From Chiloscyllium plagiosum (taxonomy: Eukaryota), in the NCBI RefSeq assembly GCF_004010195.1, contig NC_057718.1, positions 4,657,021 to 4,721,020 on the forward strand: a stretch of 64,000 bases of DNA. The letters run 5' to 3'. Below are positions 1-12,660 of this stretch, in pieces. Position 1 is the stretch's first letter. Every line of letters starts with the position of its first letter. Position numbers and translations under genes: made by a program. A model generated the notes under the pieces. The model saw only the letters and a list, made by a program, of their open reading frames with translations. It made no database searches and was not told where the DNA came from.

Positions 1-2030
1 ATGTTGGGAGCTGACTCCATAAATAAGTTTTGAAAATGAATTGTACAGACATTTGAAGATGAGGGTCTCACAGGAAATAACAATGAGGGTGTGAGTCTAA
101 ACACCATGGTTCTTTCAAAGACCTGGCATAGGAAAATGGGTTGAATGGCCTCTTGTTGTACTGAGTTTCTATAGTTCTAATTTTAATTAAGCTCTTCAAA
201 TGAGTGAACTATCCAAAGATGATTCACAGGAGTATTATCAGATAAAAGATGACTTGCAAGTGCACTTGATTAAAAGAGGAACATTTAGTATGCATCATTT
301 TTGACACTATTAAAACAATCATGTTAGTAATGTAAAATATAGTTTATTTTTCATTGTAACTTAAAGAGATGGTGTTTAAATTTATTCTAATAACTGTTTG
401 GTGATCTGCAGTGGTTAATTTGTTTCCTGATATAATAGGACAGTCAAACAGAGGAGGTCAGGCTTTAGGCGACATTAATATGAGTCTCAAGTAAAGGTGA
501 AATACTGTGGATGTTGGAAATTTTGAAATAAAGATAGAAAGTTTGCACAAAACTACTAGTTAAATCTCTAATCCCATTATAAATAACCACTTACACGTGC
601 ACACACACAAAATAAAACATGGATTTCATGGGAGGGAAAACTGAGAAAGCATTTCAATGATTTCTGTTCACATGATCTGCTGAGATGGTTCTTGCGCTGA
701 TCATAATGCTGCATATCCGTGTTTATTCTGCAGATGTTTTCACTGGTTTGTAGGATATGCAGTGGCTGGTTCACCCTTAAAATGACTATGACTTATTAAA
801 AATCACAGCTTACAGCAAATGCTGGAGGAAAAATAATTTTGCAGTAAAAGCTCATTTAAGCCTGAAGAAAGCAGGGAACACAGAGCGCCTGAGCTACTTG
901 AAATCTAAAACCTTCTCTCCGTCTAGTTCACAGTCCCAAGCTGTTCAGCGATCTGAAAACCAATCATAAAAGTTGTTGGCAGGCAGAAGGCTTTTGCCAT
1001 CATTATCTGGTCCCTAGTTCACAGACCTCTAAGGTATTGTTACTGACCAAAGCTCCATTTGTACACAAACCTTTGGCTCCACCTCATCTGCAAACTACAC
1101 TTCTGCTGGAACCAGCAGCAATGTAAACATTGTTGACAATGAGTTGAGAGTATGGTGCTGGAAAAGCTAGGCAGGTCAGGCAGCATCCGAGGAGCAGGAG
1201 AATCAACGTTTTGGGCAAAAGCCCTTCAGCCTGACTGGCTGTGCTTTTCCAGCACCACACTCAACTCTGATCGCCAGCAGCTGCAATCCTCACTTGCTCC
1301 TAATTGTTCACAATGAGTGTCAGCTTGCTTGCTGTCCAGCCATGCAGCAGTCCTTGGTTAAAAAACAGCTCTTTTGTTATTTAAATCCGTAATTTAAATA
1401 GACTAAAAGGAAACCTTAGAATTTTCTCAGTGTATTAGAAATGTGCAGATTTCGAACTAAGCATGTGTAATTACACAGAGGTGCACTTTCTCATGTACTC
1501 CTTTCCAGGGGAGTACTGTATTTGCTCCTGATTTCAAGTCCACTTTCTTCAAAAAATGCTCCAAAAGTTTTCAACCTCCATGTTTTATAAGCAAAATCAA
1601 TCCTAGATTAGTCTAATCCAAAAGCAAGCCAATGCTTTCAATGCCTCTGTTCCAGACCCCACCGTATAAAGAGTCTTCCAATAAATCCAATGGGTTTGCA
1701 CTCACCTGCTCTCTCATACAAACCAGATTATATCACTCTTCCAGAAAGTGCTCTCTAATCATTTCTCATTTGTTACAATACTAACTGATACCAAAGTAAA
1801 GTCATCCAAAGAGGTCCACGGAGCTGCTTTCTCGTGAGAGAAAGATGACCGATGGTGGTTTGACCAAGCATTGCTCCACCTCACTCAAGGGGAAAAGTTG
1901 AGAAGGTGAGACTTTTGTGTTAGCCTCAGCTGGATCAGGAACTGAACCTACTGTGTTGGCATTACATTTAAAATTGAAAAGTGTGGCACTCGAAAAGCAC
2001 AGCTGGTCAGGCAGCATATGAGGAGCAGGA

Positions 2031-2067
2031 GAGTCGACGTTTCGGGCATATGCCCTTCATCAGGAAT
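2031..2067 (-). ncRNA. Minimal type I hammerhead ribozyme motif in a Penelope pLTR
   Basis: Minus strand reads attc-CTGATGA-a-GGGC-atat-GCCC-GAAA-cg-TC-gac. Intact cores also at 17300-17336(-), 35211-35243(-) and 54229-54263(-); variants at 26418-26453(+), 33608-33645(+) and 45354-45390(+). Confidence 0.7.
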
Positions 2068-3162
2068 GTTACCACATTTCTCCTGGAACGTTCTACACTT
2101 GTCTCCATCGCAATCACATCCTTCTGATAACTTAGGGACCTGAACGACACACAGACCTCCAACTGTGAATCAACCACTGTTTGATAAAGTTCCAATAGGA
2201 ATGCCATACTCCAACATTCTACGAGCCGGTTAATGAAGGCAAGCAGCCCATGTGTCTTCTTCCCCACCCTGTCCACCTGTGCTGACACCTTCAAGGATAC
2301 CTGGACTTGTACACTAAGGTCCTTTTGTTCTCAGTACTCCTGAAGGACATACTATTCATTGTGTATATCCTTCCCTTATTGGGCCTCCCAGAATGCATCA
2401 CCTCAGAGTATCGAATATGAACTACATCTGCCATTGCTCTGCCCAATTTACAAGTGATCAATATCAGACTGTTGACTGAAACTGTCCTCCTGACTATCCA
2501 CACTACCAAGGAGGAGAAAGTGAGGACTGCAGATGCTGGAGATCAGAGCTGAAAATGTGTTGCTGGAAAAGCGCAGCAGGTCAGGCAGCATCCAAGGAAC
2601 AGGAGAATCGACATTTCGGGCACAAGCCCTTCTTCACACTACCAAACTTTGTTACCTATAAATTTACTAACTCGACACGTTGACAGTAAAAATGTTCAAG
2701 CTTTATTCCTGAGACTGGTCATCAGATTCTTTCACCTAGTGTTTGGATTGTTGACACTGCAATGTGCTCTTTTCCTTTGACTGAAATGAATGTCGGTGTT
2801 CTGAAGGTTAAAAACATATTAGCACCCTCTTGTGGACATGTTCAGTGTCTGACCAACTATTGTGGCCAAATTGTAAAAATAAAGCTTCTGGCCATTTTCA
2901 TATTGAAGAGAAAAGGAGGGATGATGGGGGAATTGGGATCCCCGTCCCACATTGTGCTCCCTTTTCCCATTCTCTGAGCTGAGGCTCAGTGAGTGTTACA
3001 CATACTCAGCTTATGACAGCACTTTTCACCACAGACCATCCCAAACTGCTTCACAGACAGTGACGGTCTTCGACTCACTGCTGTTAAGGAAAAGTAGCAG
3101 GCCGTCTGTGCACAGCAAGATCCCACAAAGTGATGGGATCGTGACCAGATAATATCTTTCTA

Positions 3163-6100
3163 TTTGCCGAGAGTTGCAAGGGAGGAGCGAAGAACTTGTG
3201 GGAAGTTTTTAAGTGGGTGAGCTCTAAACCCGAGACTCTACACCGTAGGGCCTCCCTCCCACCCACTTCCTCTAACCTTACCTAGTCTGTAAAGTAGGTA
3301 AGTTTTCAGCTTTCTCTTTTCTTTTTCTTCTCTTCCTTTGTTTAGTCCGGTGTGGGCTTTCAGAGCAGCGGGATATGGATGTTAGGGCAGTTGCATGTTC
3401 CTCCTGCAGAATGTGGCAGGTGAGAGACACTTCACATGTCTCTGCTGACTACATCTGAGGGAAGTGCACCCAACTCCAGTTCCTCGAAAACTGAGTTAGG
3501 GAACTGGACCTGGATGAACTACGGATCATTCGGGAGGCTGAGGGGGAAATTGAGAGGATGTACAGCGAGGTGGTCACTCTCCAGACACAGGATAAGGACA
3601 GCTGGGTTACTGTCAGGGGAAGGAAAGGGAACTGACGGTCAGAGCAGGGATCCCCAGTGGCCGTTCCCCTCGGTAATAAGTGTACCGTTTTGGATACTGC
3701 TCGTGGGGACAGCCTACCAGGGGAAAACAATAGTTGTCAGGCCTCTGGCACTGTGGCTCAGAAGGGAAGGGGGGAGAATAGAAAAATGCTAGTGGTAGGG
3801 GACTCAATAGTTAGATGGATTGACAGGAGATTTTGTGGTCAGGAATGGGACTCCCGGAAGGTATGTTGTCTCCCTGGTGCCAGGGTCCAGGATGTCGCCG
3901 ATTGGGTTTACAAGATTCTGAAGGGGAAGGGTGAGCAGCCAGAAATTGTGGTACATATTGGCACCAATGATATAGCCAGGAAAGGGATTGAGGATCTGAA
4001 AAGTGACTGCAGAGTTAGGCTGGAAGCTGAAGAACAGGACGAATAGAGTAATGATCTCAGGTTTGCTGCCAGTGCCACGAGATAGTGAGGTGAGGAACAG
4101 TCACAAAATGCAGCTTAACACGTGGCTGCGAGGCTGGTGCAGGAGGGAGGGCTTCAGATACCTAGACCATTGGGATAACTTCTGGGGAAGGTGGGACCTG
4201 TACATGAAGGACAGGTTGCACCTGAACTGGAGGATCACAGGTGTCCTAGGTGGGAGGTTTGCTCGTGTGGTTCAGGAGGGTTTAAACGAGTTTGGCGGGG
4301 GTGGGGTGGGAATCAGAGCTACATGTCTGAGAGGGGGTCAGTTGCAGAAGGGACAGTGACAGGATATATTGAATCTATCAGGAAGGTTTCTCATGCGATG
4401 TAACAAAGGGATCTGTTAAAGTGTGTCTGCTTTAACGCAAGGAGTGTCCGAAATAAGAGTAATGAATTTAGAGCATGGATCAATACTTGGGTTATGATGT
4501 TGTGGCCATAACAGAGATGTGGGTTTCACAGGGACAGGAATGGTTGCTTGATGTTCCAGGGTTTAGAACATTTAAAAAGAACAGGGAGGGTGGAAAAAGA
4601 GGAGGGGATATAGCATTGCTAATCAGAGAGTGCATCACAGTTACAGAAACGAAAGTTGTTGAGGAAGGTTTGTCTACTGAGTCAGTATGGGTGGAAGTTA
4701 GGAACAGCCACTGCATTGGGGGTTTTCTACAGACTCCCTAACAGCGGTAGAGAGATTGAAGATCGCATAGGTGGGCAGATTCTGGAAAAATGCAGAAGTA
4801 GCAGGGTTGTTGTTATGAGTGATTTCAACTTTCCCAATATCGACTGGAACCTCCTAAGTGTAGATGGTTTGGATGGAGCCGTTTTTGTCAGGTGTGGTCA
4901 GGGGGGTTTCTTTACTCAGTATGTAGACAGACCGACGAGGGGAGAGGCCATTTTGGATTTGGTGCTCTGCAACGGGCCAGGACAGGTGTCAGATCTTGCG
5001 GTAGGAGAGCACTTTGGTGAAAGTGATCACAACTGCCTCACATTTACCATAGTCTTGGAGAGGGAAAGGAGCAATTACCGAGGGAAGATATTTAATTGGG
5101 GAAAAAGAAATTATGACGCTATCAGGAGTTGGGAAGTACAGATTGGGAGCAATTGTTCCACAGAAAGGACACAGCAGACATGTGGAGACTATTTAAGGAG
5201 CAGTTGTTGCGAGTGATGCACACATTTGTTCCTCTGAGACAGGTAAGAAGGGGCAAGATTAAGGAACCTTGGATGACGAGAACAGAGGAACTTCTCGTCA
5301 AAAGGAAGAAGGTAGCTTACGTAAGGTGGAGGAAGCAACAGCTTTAGAAATGGACTGAGGAGCTCAGAAATGGACTGAGGAGAACCAGGAGGGGGCATGA
5401 AAATGGCTTGGCAAGATGAATTAGGGAGAACCCAAAGGCATTTTACTCATACGTGAGGAATAAGAGAATGATCAGGGAGAAGGTAGGGCCGATCAGGGAT
5501 AGCAGAGGGAACTTGTGCGTGGAGCCTGAGCAGATAGGGGAAGCCCTAAATTGGTTTTTTGCTTTGGTTCTCACCAAGGAAAGGGAACTTGTTGTAAATG
5601 AAAACTTTGAGGAGCTGGGATACAGTCTTGACCAGATCAAGATTGATGAAGTTGATGTGCTAGAAATTTTGGAAAACATTAAGAACAGATTTATCCTAGG
5701 CTGCTCTGGGAAGTGAGAAAGGAGGTTGCTAAGCCGCTGGCAAGGATCTTTGCCTCCTCACTCTCCACTGGGGTCGTACCGGAGGATTGGAAGGAGACGA
5801 ATGTTGTTCCACTTTTCAAGAAGAGTAAGAGGGAAATCCCAGGCAATTACAGATCAGTCAGTCTTAGATCTGTGGTCAGCAAAGTTGTGGAAAGAATTCT
5901 GAGGGATAGGATTTATGACTATTTGGCAAATCATAGTGTGATTAAGCACAATCTGCATAGCTTTGTGAGGGGCAGGTCATGCCTCACTAATCTTATTGAG
6001 TTCTTTGAGGAGGTGTCAAGACAGGTCGACGAAGGTTGAGCAGTGGATGTGGTGTATACGGACTTCAGCAAGGCATTTGATAAGGTTCCCCATGGTAGGC

Positions 6101-7139
6101 TCATTCATAAAGTCAGGAGATATGGGATACAGGGAGGTTTGGCTATCTGGATCCAGAATTGGCTGGCTGACAGAAGGCAGAGAGTGGTTGTAGATGGAAA
6201 GTATTCTGCCTGGAGGTCAGTGTTGAGTGGGGTCCCGCAGGGCTCTGTTTTGGGGCCTCTGCTCTTTGTAGTTTTTATAAATGACTTGGATGAGGAGATT
6301 GAGGGGTGGGTTAGTAAATTTGCAAAGGTTGGAGGTGTCTTCGATAGTGTAGAGGGCTACTGCAGGTTGCAGCGCGACATAGACAGGATGCAGAGCTGGG
6401 CTGAGAAATGGCAGAGGGTGTTCAACCTGGATAAATGCGAAGTGATGCATTTTGGAAGGTCGAACTCGAATGCTGAATATAGGATTAAAGACAGGATTCT
6501 TGGCAGTGTGGAGCAACAGAGGGATCTGGGTGTGCAAGTACACTGATCCCTCAAAGTTGCCACCCAAGTGGATAGGGTTGTTAAGAAAGCATATGGTGTT
6601 TTGGCTTTCACTAACAGGGGTATCGAGTTTAAGAGCCGCGAGGTTTTGCTGCAGCTCTACATGTCCTTGCTGAGACCACACTTGGAATATTGTGTCCAGT
6701 TTTGCTCGCCCTACTATAGGAAAGNNNNNNNNNNNNNNNNNNNNNNNNNNNNNNNNNNNNNNNNNNNNNNNNNNNNNNNNNNNNNNNNNNNNNNNNNNNN
6801 NNNNNNNNNNNNNNNNNNNNNNNNNNNNNNNNNNNNNNNNNNNNNNNNNNNNNNNNNNNNNNNNNNNNNNNNNNNNNNNNNNNNNNNNNNNNNNNNNNNN
6901 NNNNNNNNNNNNNNNNNNNNNNNNNNNNNNNNNNNNNNNNNNNNNNNNNNNNNNNNNNNNNNNNNNNNNNNNNNNNNNNNNNNNNNNNNNNNNNNNNNNN
7001 NNNNNNNNNNNNNNNNNNNNNNNNNNNNNNNNNNNNNNNNNNNNNNNNNNNNNNNNNNNNNNNNNNNNNNNNNNNNNNNNNNNNNNNNNNNNNNNNNNNN
7101 NNNNNNNNNNNNNNNNNNNNNNNNNNNNNNNNNNNNNNN
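3163..7139 (+). mobile_element. Near full-length CR1 (HER1-like) LINE, frameshifted; 3' end in an N-gap
   Basis: 5' UTR, then ORF1 from ATG 3375 with Cys motif (CSSCRMW) and SGNH esterase blocks (GDSIVR, PGA, HIGTND, DRLHLN). ORF2 has an AP endonuclease (AITEMW, DFNFPNIDW, SDHN) and RT (DFSKAFDKV, SGVPQGSVLGP). Confidence 0.95.
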
Positions 7140-7444
7140 GTCGCACTGAACTGTCAGTGTTTTTGATTCCTGTGTTTCAGATCTCGGTGTGGCTCTTGAA
7201 CACACAACTGCTCGACTCTGCCATGCCAGTGTGTCCCACTGAGCTGCAGCTCAGCTCTGAGGGGGAGCTCCCTGAGCTCTGACTCAGCTGCTGTGAGAAC
7301 AAGACCCAGGCCAGAGTCTGGAGCTCACAATCCAGGACAGCCCTGAGGGAGGGTTGTGTTGTTGGAGAGAAGCTCTTTGAGATGGGATAGAAAACCCAAA
7401 GCCCTTCTACACTCTCACTGAATGTGGGTTTTTCACAATTCAGC

Positions 7445-7678
7445 TTGACTCAAAGCTCCAACCCGCAGATGGAAGCAGAGAGCAGGAGAAAGGCACTGAG
7501 AAAATATCATGTGGTTTCCTGGAATACAGAGGGGAATCTGAAATTCGTACCGTGCTCAGAAACATGTTACTTGCTTCAAACAGAAAAGGTGAAGCTGATA
7601 AAGAAGACAGCAGCACTGAGAGGGAGGAAGCAGCAGGGAAAACACCAACACTGGGAGAGGGTCCGAGAGGGAGTAAGC
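7445..7678 (+). promoter_or_regulatory. Putative interferon-responsive promoter / non-coding first exon, copy 1
   Basis: Perfect GAS TTCCTGGAA at 7516-7524, ISRE-like GAAAAGGTGAAGCTGA at ~7583-7598, candidate donor GA|gtaagc at 7672/7673. Homologous to 12440-12660 and 16295-16528. Confidence 0.45.
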
Positions 7679-7679
7679 A

Positions 7680-8110
7680 ACAGCAACAACAACATTGTGC
7701 ATTGACATAGCGCTATTAACACAATCACTCTTTCCAAGCTGCTTCACAGGAGCACAATCTAACATGAGAGCGAGCCATGTCAGGAGATAATAGGTTTGAT
7801 ACATACAAGGTTTGATCAAAGGGCAGGCCTGTCAGAAGGGGTACAAAACAGGAAAGTGAGTAACAGAGGGAAAAGGATAAGGAGTGAATTTTCAAATTTA
7901 AGGATGAGGCAAGTGAACTCTTGGTGAAGTAAATAACATCGGGGTGAAGGGGGGGGGGAGGTGTAATGGAGGCCGGAGTAAAAGATTGCAGAGAACTCTG
8001 AGGGCTGTGGGGGTTTAGGAGATTACAGAGGAAATGAGGGAAAAGGCCATTTAGGGATTTGAAAACCAGGATGAAAATACAATGATGAAGACCCTGCTTC
8101 ACCAGGCGCT
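7680..8110 (-). mobile_element. L2-like LINE 3' end (second copy ~16530-16960)
   Basis: Minus-strand ILVFKSLNGLFPHFLCNLL resembles L2 ORF2 C-termini, and there is a (TTG)n-type tail. Confidence 0.6.
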
Positions 8111-8139
8111 AAAGTAAATCAGTGAGCTCAGGGGTTAAA

Positions 8140-8149
8140 GGGACTTTCC
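8140..8149 (+). promoter_or_regulatory. Canonical NF-kB site GGGACTTTCC (second copy at 17000-17009)
   Basis: Exact match to the classical kB decamer, kept in both duplicated units ~620 bp downstream of the GAS. Confidence 0.35.
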
Positions 8150-9225
8150 CAGAGTGTTTTCTAACCTGTTTCTGTAAGCAGCCCTGTGTCCCCTCGAAAT
8201 GTCTCCTCTCTTCCTGCCACTGCCCTCCATCGGCCTGTTCAAACTTCTGAGAGTCTCCACAATGAAACTGTCATTGGTGAATCTCTTCCCAATGGGCCCC
8301 CACTGACTTCACTCGCAAACCCTCCTGATGCTTCTCATCCTCTGTATCAGCAAGAGCGAGCCTGGCTGGACACTGACTGAAGAGTCAAGAGTCAAAGTTC
8401 TGCTGGTACCTCACATTCTCTGATGATGAATGTCTCTTACTCTGGCTCTAACTTGGCAAGACTCCTATTTAACACTCCCATATTCCAATCCCATCACATT
8501 CTCATTCCCACTCTTTTCTCTGGAATCATCCTGAAAAGGCTCTCCTGAGATCTGAGTCCCTCTAATTCCGGTCTCCTATCCATCCCTGATGTGGCTGGGC
8601 CTGTTTCAACGTGACTCCTCATGCTGTTGTGACCCAGGGGAAGGGAACGGTCTGTCAGCTGTAGACTCTGGGGGATTCCTGGGGGCACTTAGGAAATCGA
8701 GAAGACAATTAAGAGCACTGTAAAGTTGGCCACTTTATTTTCTCATTTTTCTGCCTTGTTTTGGTTTACTTTTCTGGGTTTTAAAATGGCATTGGAGAGT
8801 GACAACATTATACAACACCTCACACTGTATTTTGTGACAATAAATTGACCAATAAAGATGTGGATGAGATAAAAATTGAACTTTGTCCTAACTTTGTATG
8901 ATTTATTTCTTTTTATAACTTATGTCATTAAAATGGTTCCAGTTTATGGCGACTTAACAATATTGTACAGTATTTTCATAAATGCTTGTCTCAATAAATT
9001 CCTGTCACTTTGTAATCACTCTCACATTGGTGTCTGTGGTGTCAAATCTGGGCTCATACAAGTTTCTTAATGTTTATTTTGGGATTATCAAATCTGAATT
9101 TCACTACAATGCTTTTTGTCAGCATATTGGTTTGAATGGTGAATATTTACTTGGCTGGATTTATTTGAGTTGCTTGGAAAGTTGTGGTACCAGCAGAAAG
9201 TTACTGACCTCATTGGATGTTCTTT

Positions 9226-9533
9226 AGATTAGATTAGATTACTTAGATTACTTACAGTGTGGAAACAGCCCTTCGGCCCAACAAGTCCACACCGACCCGC
9301 CGAAGTGCAACCCACCCATACCCCTACATTTACCCCTTTTAACCTAACACTATGGGCAATTTAGCATGGCCAATTCACCTAACCCGCACATCTTTGTGAC
9401 TATGGGAGGAAACCGGAGCACCCGGAGGAAACCCACGCAGACACGGGGAGAATGTGCAAACTCCACACAGTCAGTCGCCTGAGTCGGGAATTGAACCCGG
9501 GTCTCTGGCGCTGTGAGGCAGCAATGCTAACCA
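9226..9533 (-). mobile_element. HE1-type V-SINE
   Basis: Reverse complement of the tRNA-like head (GGTTCAATTCC B-box), V-domain (TGTGTGGAGTTTGCAC) and (AATCT)n tail. Confidence 0.9.
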
Positions 9534-12439
9534 TAGTTTGAATAATTTTGAACATAAATTATTCAAACCAAAAAGAAATAAATAATCACATTCAGACAAA
9601 AGAAATCACAGGATCTGTAAATTCTGTGGCAATTTACTTAATCCCATAGATTGCATCTTCAACAGAATTCATCGGTTCTGACTGAGTATATAATTCTGGG
9701 TATCACATGACCACCTTCTCCCTTATTCTCTCTGTTATGGAAAACCTCTTGCTACCTCTTCTGGTCTCTACTATTGCAAACTGGTTTGTCACCCTTCAGT
9801 TTCAGCTCAAACACAACTATTGCTGCCTGAAGCCAGTCTCCATGTCACCTCTTGCTTACTTGTTTTCCTTCAAAGCTCACCAATGCTGACTTTTATCCCC
9901 TTCATGGCCTCAGCCTTTCCAAAACCCTTATTTCCCTCAATCTTGCTCTCAGCCAACAGACTCCCTTCCTCTGTTTGGGTCATCCTCTGCTGCCCTCATC
10001 CCTTCATTCACCTGGGCGCCATATTCTTGAAATGTCTCACTCTTCTGCACGAAACTTTGCTTTTCTTACTCCTAATGTCACGTCTTTGGCACAGCATTCA
10101 CTTTTCTTCCGAAAGCCTTTGTGAATTACTTTTGGATTTTTTAATCTGAAAGTTGTCACTTCTTGTGTCTTGTAGATTACCCACAAATGATTGATTCAGA
10201 CTCCCAGTTGTCAGTAGCCGGAGGAATAATTGGTAATTGTAGATGGTATGGAGATTTTAGTTTAAATTCAGAGTGTGTCCAAGGTAAACCTTGTTGCCTA
10301 CCATCAGTTTGAGGGAAACTTTCCCTTTTGCAACAAAACTTTCCATCCTAACATCTATTGTTAATGCCTGCCAAACTGATCTCGCCTTTTCCAAATAAAA
10401 AGGCTAAGTGACGTTTGTGAGGAAGTGTTTTATTACAAAGTCTGGATGGTATAAACAATTAATGTCCTGAATGTAAAAATCATCTATTGGGGGAATTGAT
10501 CAATTTCTGTTTTAGGTTATGAATGATTATGGGTACTGTGACATTAAATATTGAACAAAAGGACAGTGTATATTCACAACATGTTTAAAAGTATAGAAAA
10601 CCTTGTAGGATAAAACTGAGAGCCTGGGAAATGTTATATATTGTAACAAGTTAGTAAAGTAGAAAACGGAATGTGCTGTGTGAATGAAAGGCGTGATGTG
10701 AGAAGCAGGTTTCCAACTGACTGATGATGTAAACCAAGAACTTCACCAGGTCCCCTTTTTAGAAGCTTCTGAGATAGAGTGTAGCTCCTTGACACAGAGG
10801 TATCACTTCATTGATTCCCTCCTTGTGTCTCCGAAGAAGGATTTGGTTACAATAAGTTCAATACATTTCTCTGGTTAAAGTTGTTAAAAAGAAGGAAAAA
10901 TAGACCTGTCCTAACTGAACCGACAATGCAGGAGTTTACATTGACATTCTATTCCAATGTAAATTATTCTGGGGGTGCAAAGGGGCTTTTGTCTTTTTTT
11001 CCTTTGTCTTCAATGCTTGGTTGATGGAATGGGAATTGTAATTGTAACAACAATTAGAACGTAATTTAGTATGACAGCTATTTTTAAAGAATATTTAATT
11101 CAGATGTGTTGATGCATTTCTAAAATTAATCCATCAGTGCTTTTGTTAAATATTATGTTTTATTTTCTATTAATTACCATTAGGGAAAAGAATGATTGTA
11201 TTGATTGGAATTCAATCTAAGATATTCTAGTCCTGACTCTCCACTCATCACTGGGGTTGACCATGAATTGCGTGGTGCTTTTGTACGAGTGCTGTCAGAT
11301 CATACCCACTTCATTCACATTTGGGTTTTTCTGGGTTTTTTTGCATGTTATGTTACCTTCTTTCCAGTGTTTATGTTACTGCTCCACAGGAACACGCAGG
11401 GACAAATTTAGTGGCCTGATGTTTTAGGGCTAATGTTATTCCATCTTTAAAACTGTTGATATGAACTTTTGCTGCCCGATAACACAATCCCTTGAGTCAT
11501 AAATTCTGTTGATAATGGAGAGGATATGTGTTGAAATTGATCATTTTAACAATACAGTGTTCTCCCCTTGACAAAAGCTTTGGACCTGTTAATTTTAAGA
11601 CTGGCTTACACCAAAAACAGCTGACATTTAAACCTGCAAGAAAATGATTGTTGCTGTACATTTGACAGAGCTAAAAGTCCAACATTATCGATTCATTCCA
11701 CTGTCTACAGGACTGGTATGAGCAATATAATGGGGTACTCATGATAAGCAAAGTGATCAGAGAAATAATTAAACCCTTATATTTCAGTTTATTTATGGGC
11801 TAATCGCGTGGAATATCCAGTCTGCTCTTTTTTAAGAAGGTTTTTAAGTATTAATCTTTAATAATAGTTATGCTGCTGTTCCAAGAATTAATAAGTGATT
11901 ATTTCAGCAAACTGGACAACAGAGAAGTTGGAATATTGTGAAGGGTTGTAAAAGGAGTGGAAAGGGCTGGATAAAACAACGGGGCTGAAGTCAAAGGATG
12001 TCGTCTGTGGCTTGTCTTTATGGGCTATTTCAGTGTTATGTAGGGGTTGAAAATCTAATTATGGATATTAAATAGTGTGGGAAAGATGAGCATGGAAATT
12101 CGAATTGTGTTACCTTTCAGAAAAGAAACTTTGAAATGTTGGTAATTTTCATTTCTACACAAAATAGTTTTCTAAGAATAACTGCAACATGTTTCCATTA
12201 ACTACTAAGAGTATTCTTAATGCTACAACAGCAAAGTGTCACTTTGTAATCTCTCTCACGCTGGTGTCTGTACCTTCAGCTGCCTGGACCTTACTCTCTG
12301 GAAATCCTTCCCTGAACATCTCACCCTCACTTTCTTCATTTAAAATGGTCTCTAAAACCTCATCCTTCACCAGGCAAGTCTCCTGTCCAACTATTTTCAA
12401 TGCTGGTGTCAACAGTTTTTAATCATACATTTATTTCAG

Positions 12440-12660
12440 TGCAACTCATGCCTGCAGGGGGAAGCAGAGACCTGGTGAACGCTGCACTGAAAATAGGTTT
12501 TTCCTGGAAATTCACTGTGGACAAAAATTTCTTTACTCAACGCAGTCAGAGTGAAACTGAGTAAAGAGCCAACAGGACTCGGAGAAAACGATCAACATTT
12601 AAAGGAGCAGCATTGCCAGAGAGGTCTGCAGGGCAGTGCATGGCACTGGGAGAGGGGTCT
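12440..12660 (+). promoter_or_regulatory. Putative interferon-responsive promoter / first exon, diverged copy 2, truncated by a CR1
   Basis: GAS TTCCTGGAA at 12501-12509 and ISRE-like AGAGTGAAACTGA at ~12548-12560. Collinear blocks are shared with copy 1 (ggaagcagaga, gcactga..aaata, gtgaaRctga-taaaga, gcagca.tg, cactgggagaggg). Confidence 0.45.

Larger units (their letters stand above)
2077..8286 (+). repeat. Segmental duplication copy A (2077-3162 plus 7140-8286, split by a CR1 insertion)
   Basis: Collinear with 14950-17146; ORFs 7424..7705 and 16274..16555 give identical translations. Confidence 0.93.

Noticed and set aside
6217..7282. Long ORFs containing X runs (also 18431-18742 and 25887-26369)
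   Set aside because: Artefacts of N-gaps.
7424..7705. Identical 93-aa ORFs at 7424..7705 and 16274..16555 as a duplicated protein gene
   Set aside because: The ORF track uses a GTG start, no domain is recognisable, and the 3' end runs into an L2 tail. The identity is explained by DNA-level duplication.
9700..10150. Hydrophobic ORFs 9707-10149 as a membrane protein
   Set aside because: Pyrimidine-rich sequence with no convincing splice sites; probably an ancient LINE remnant.
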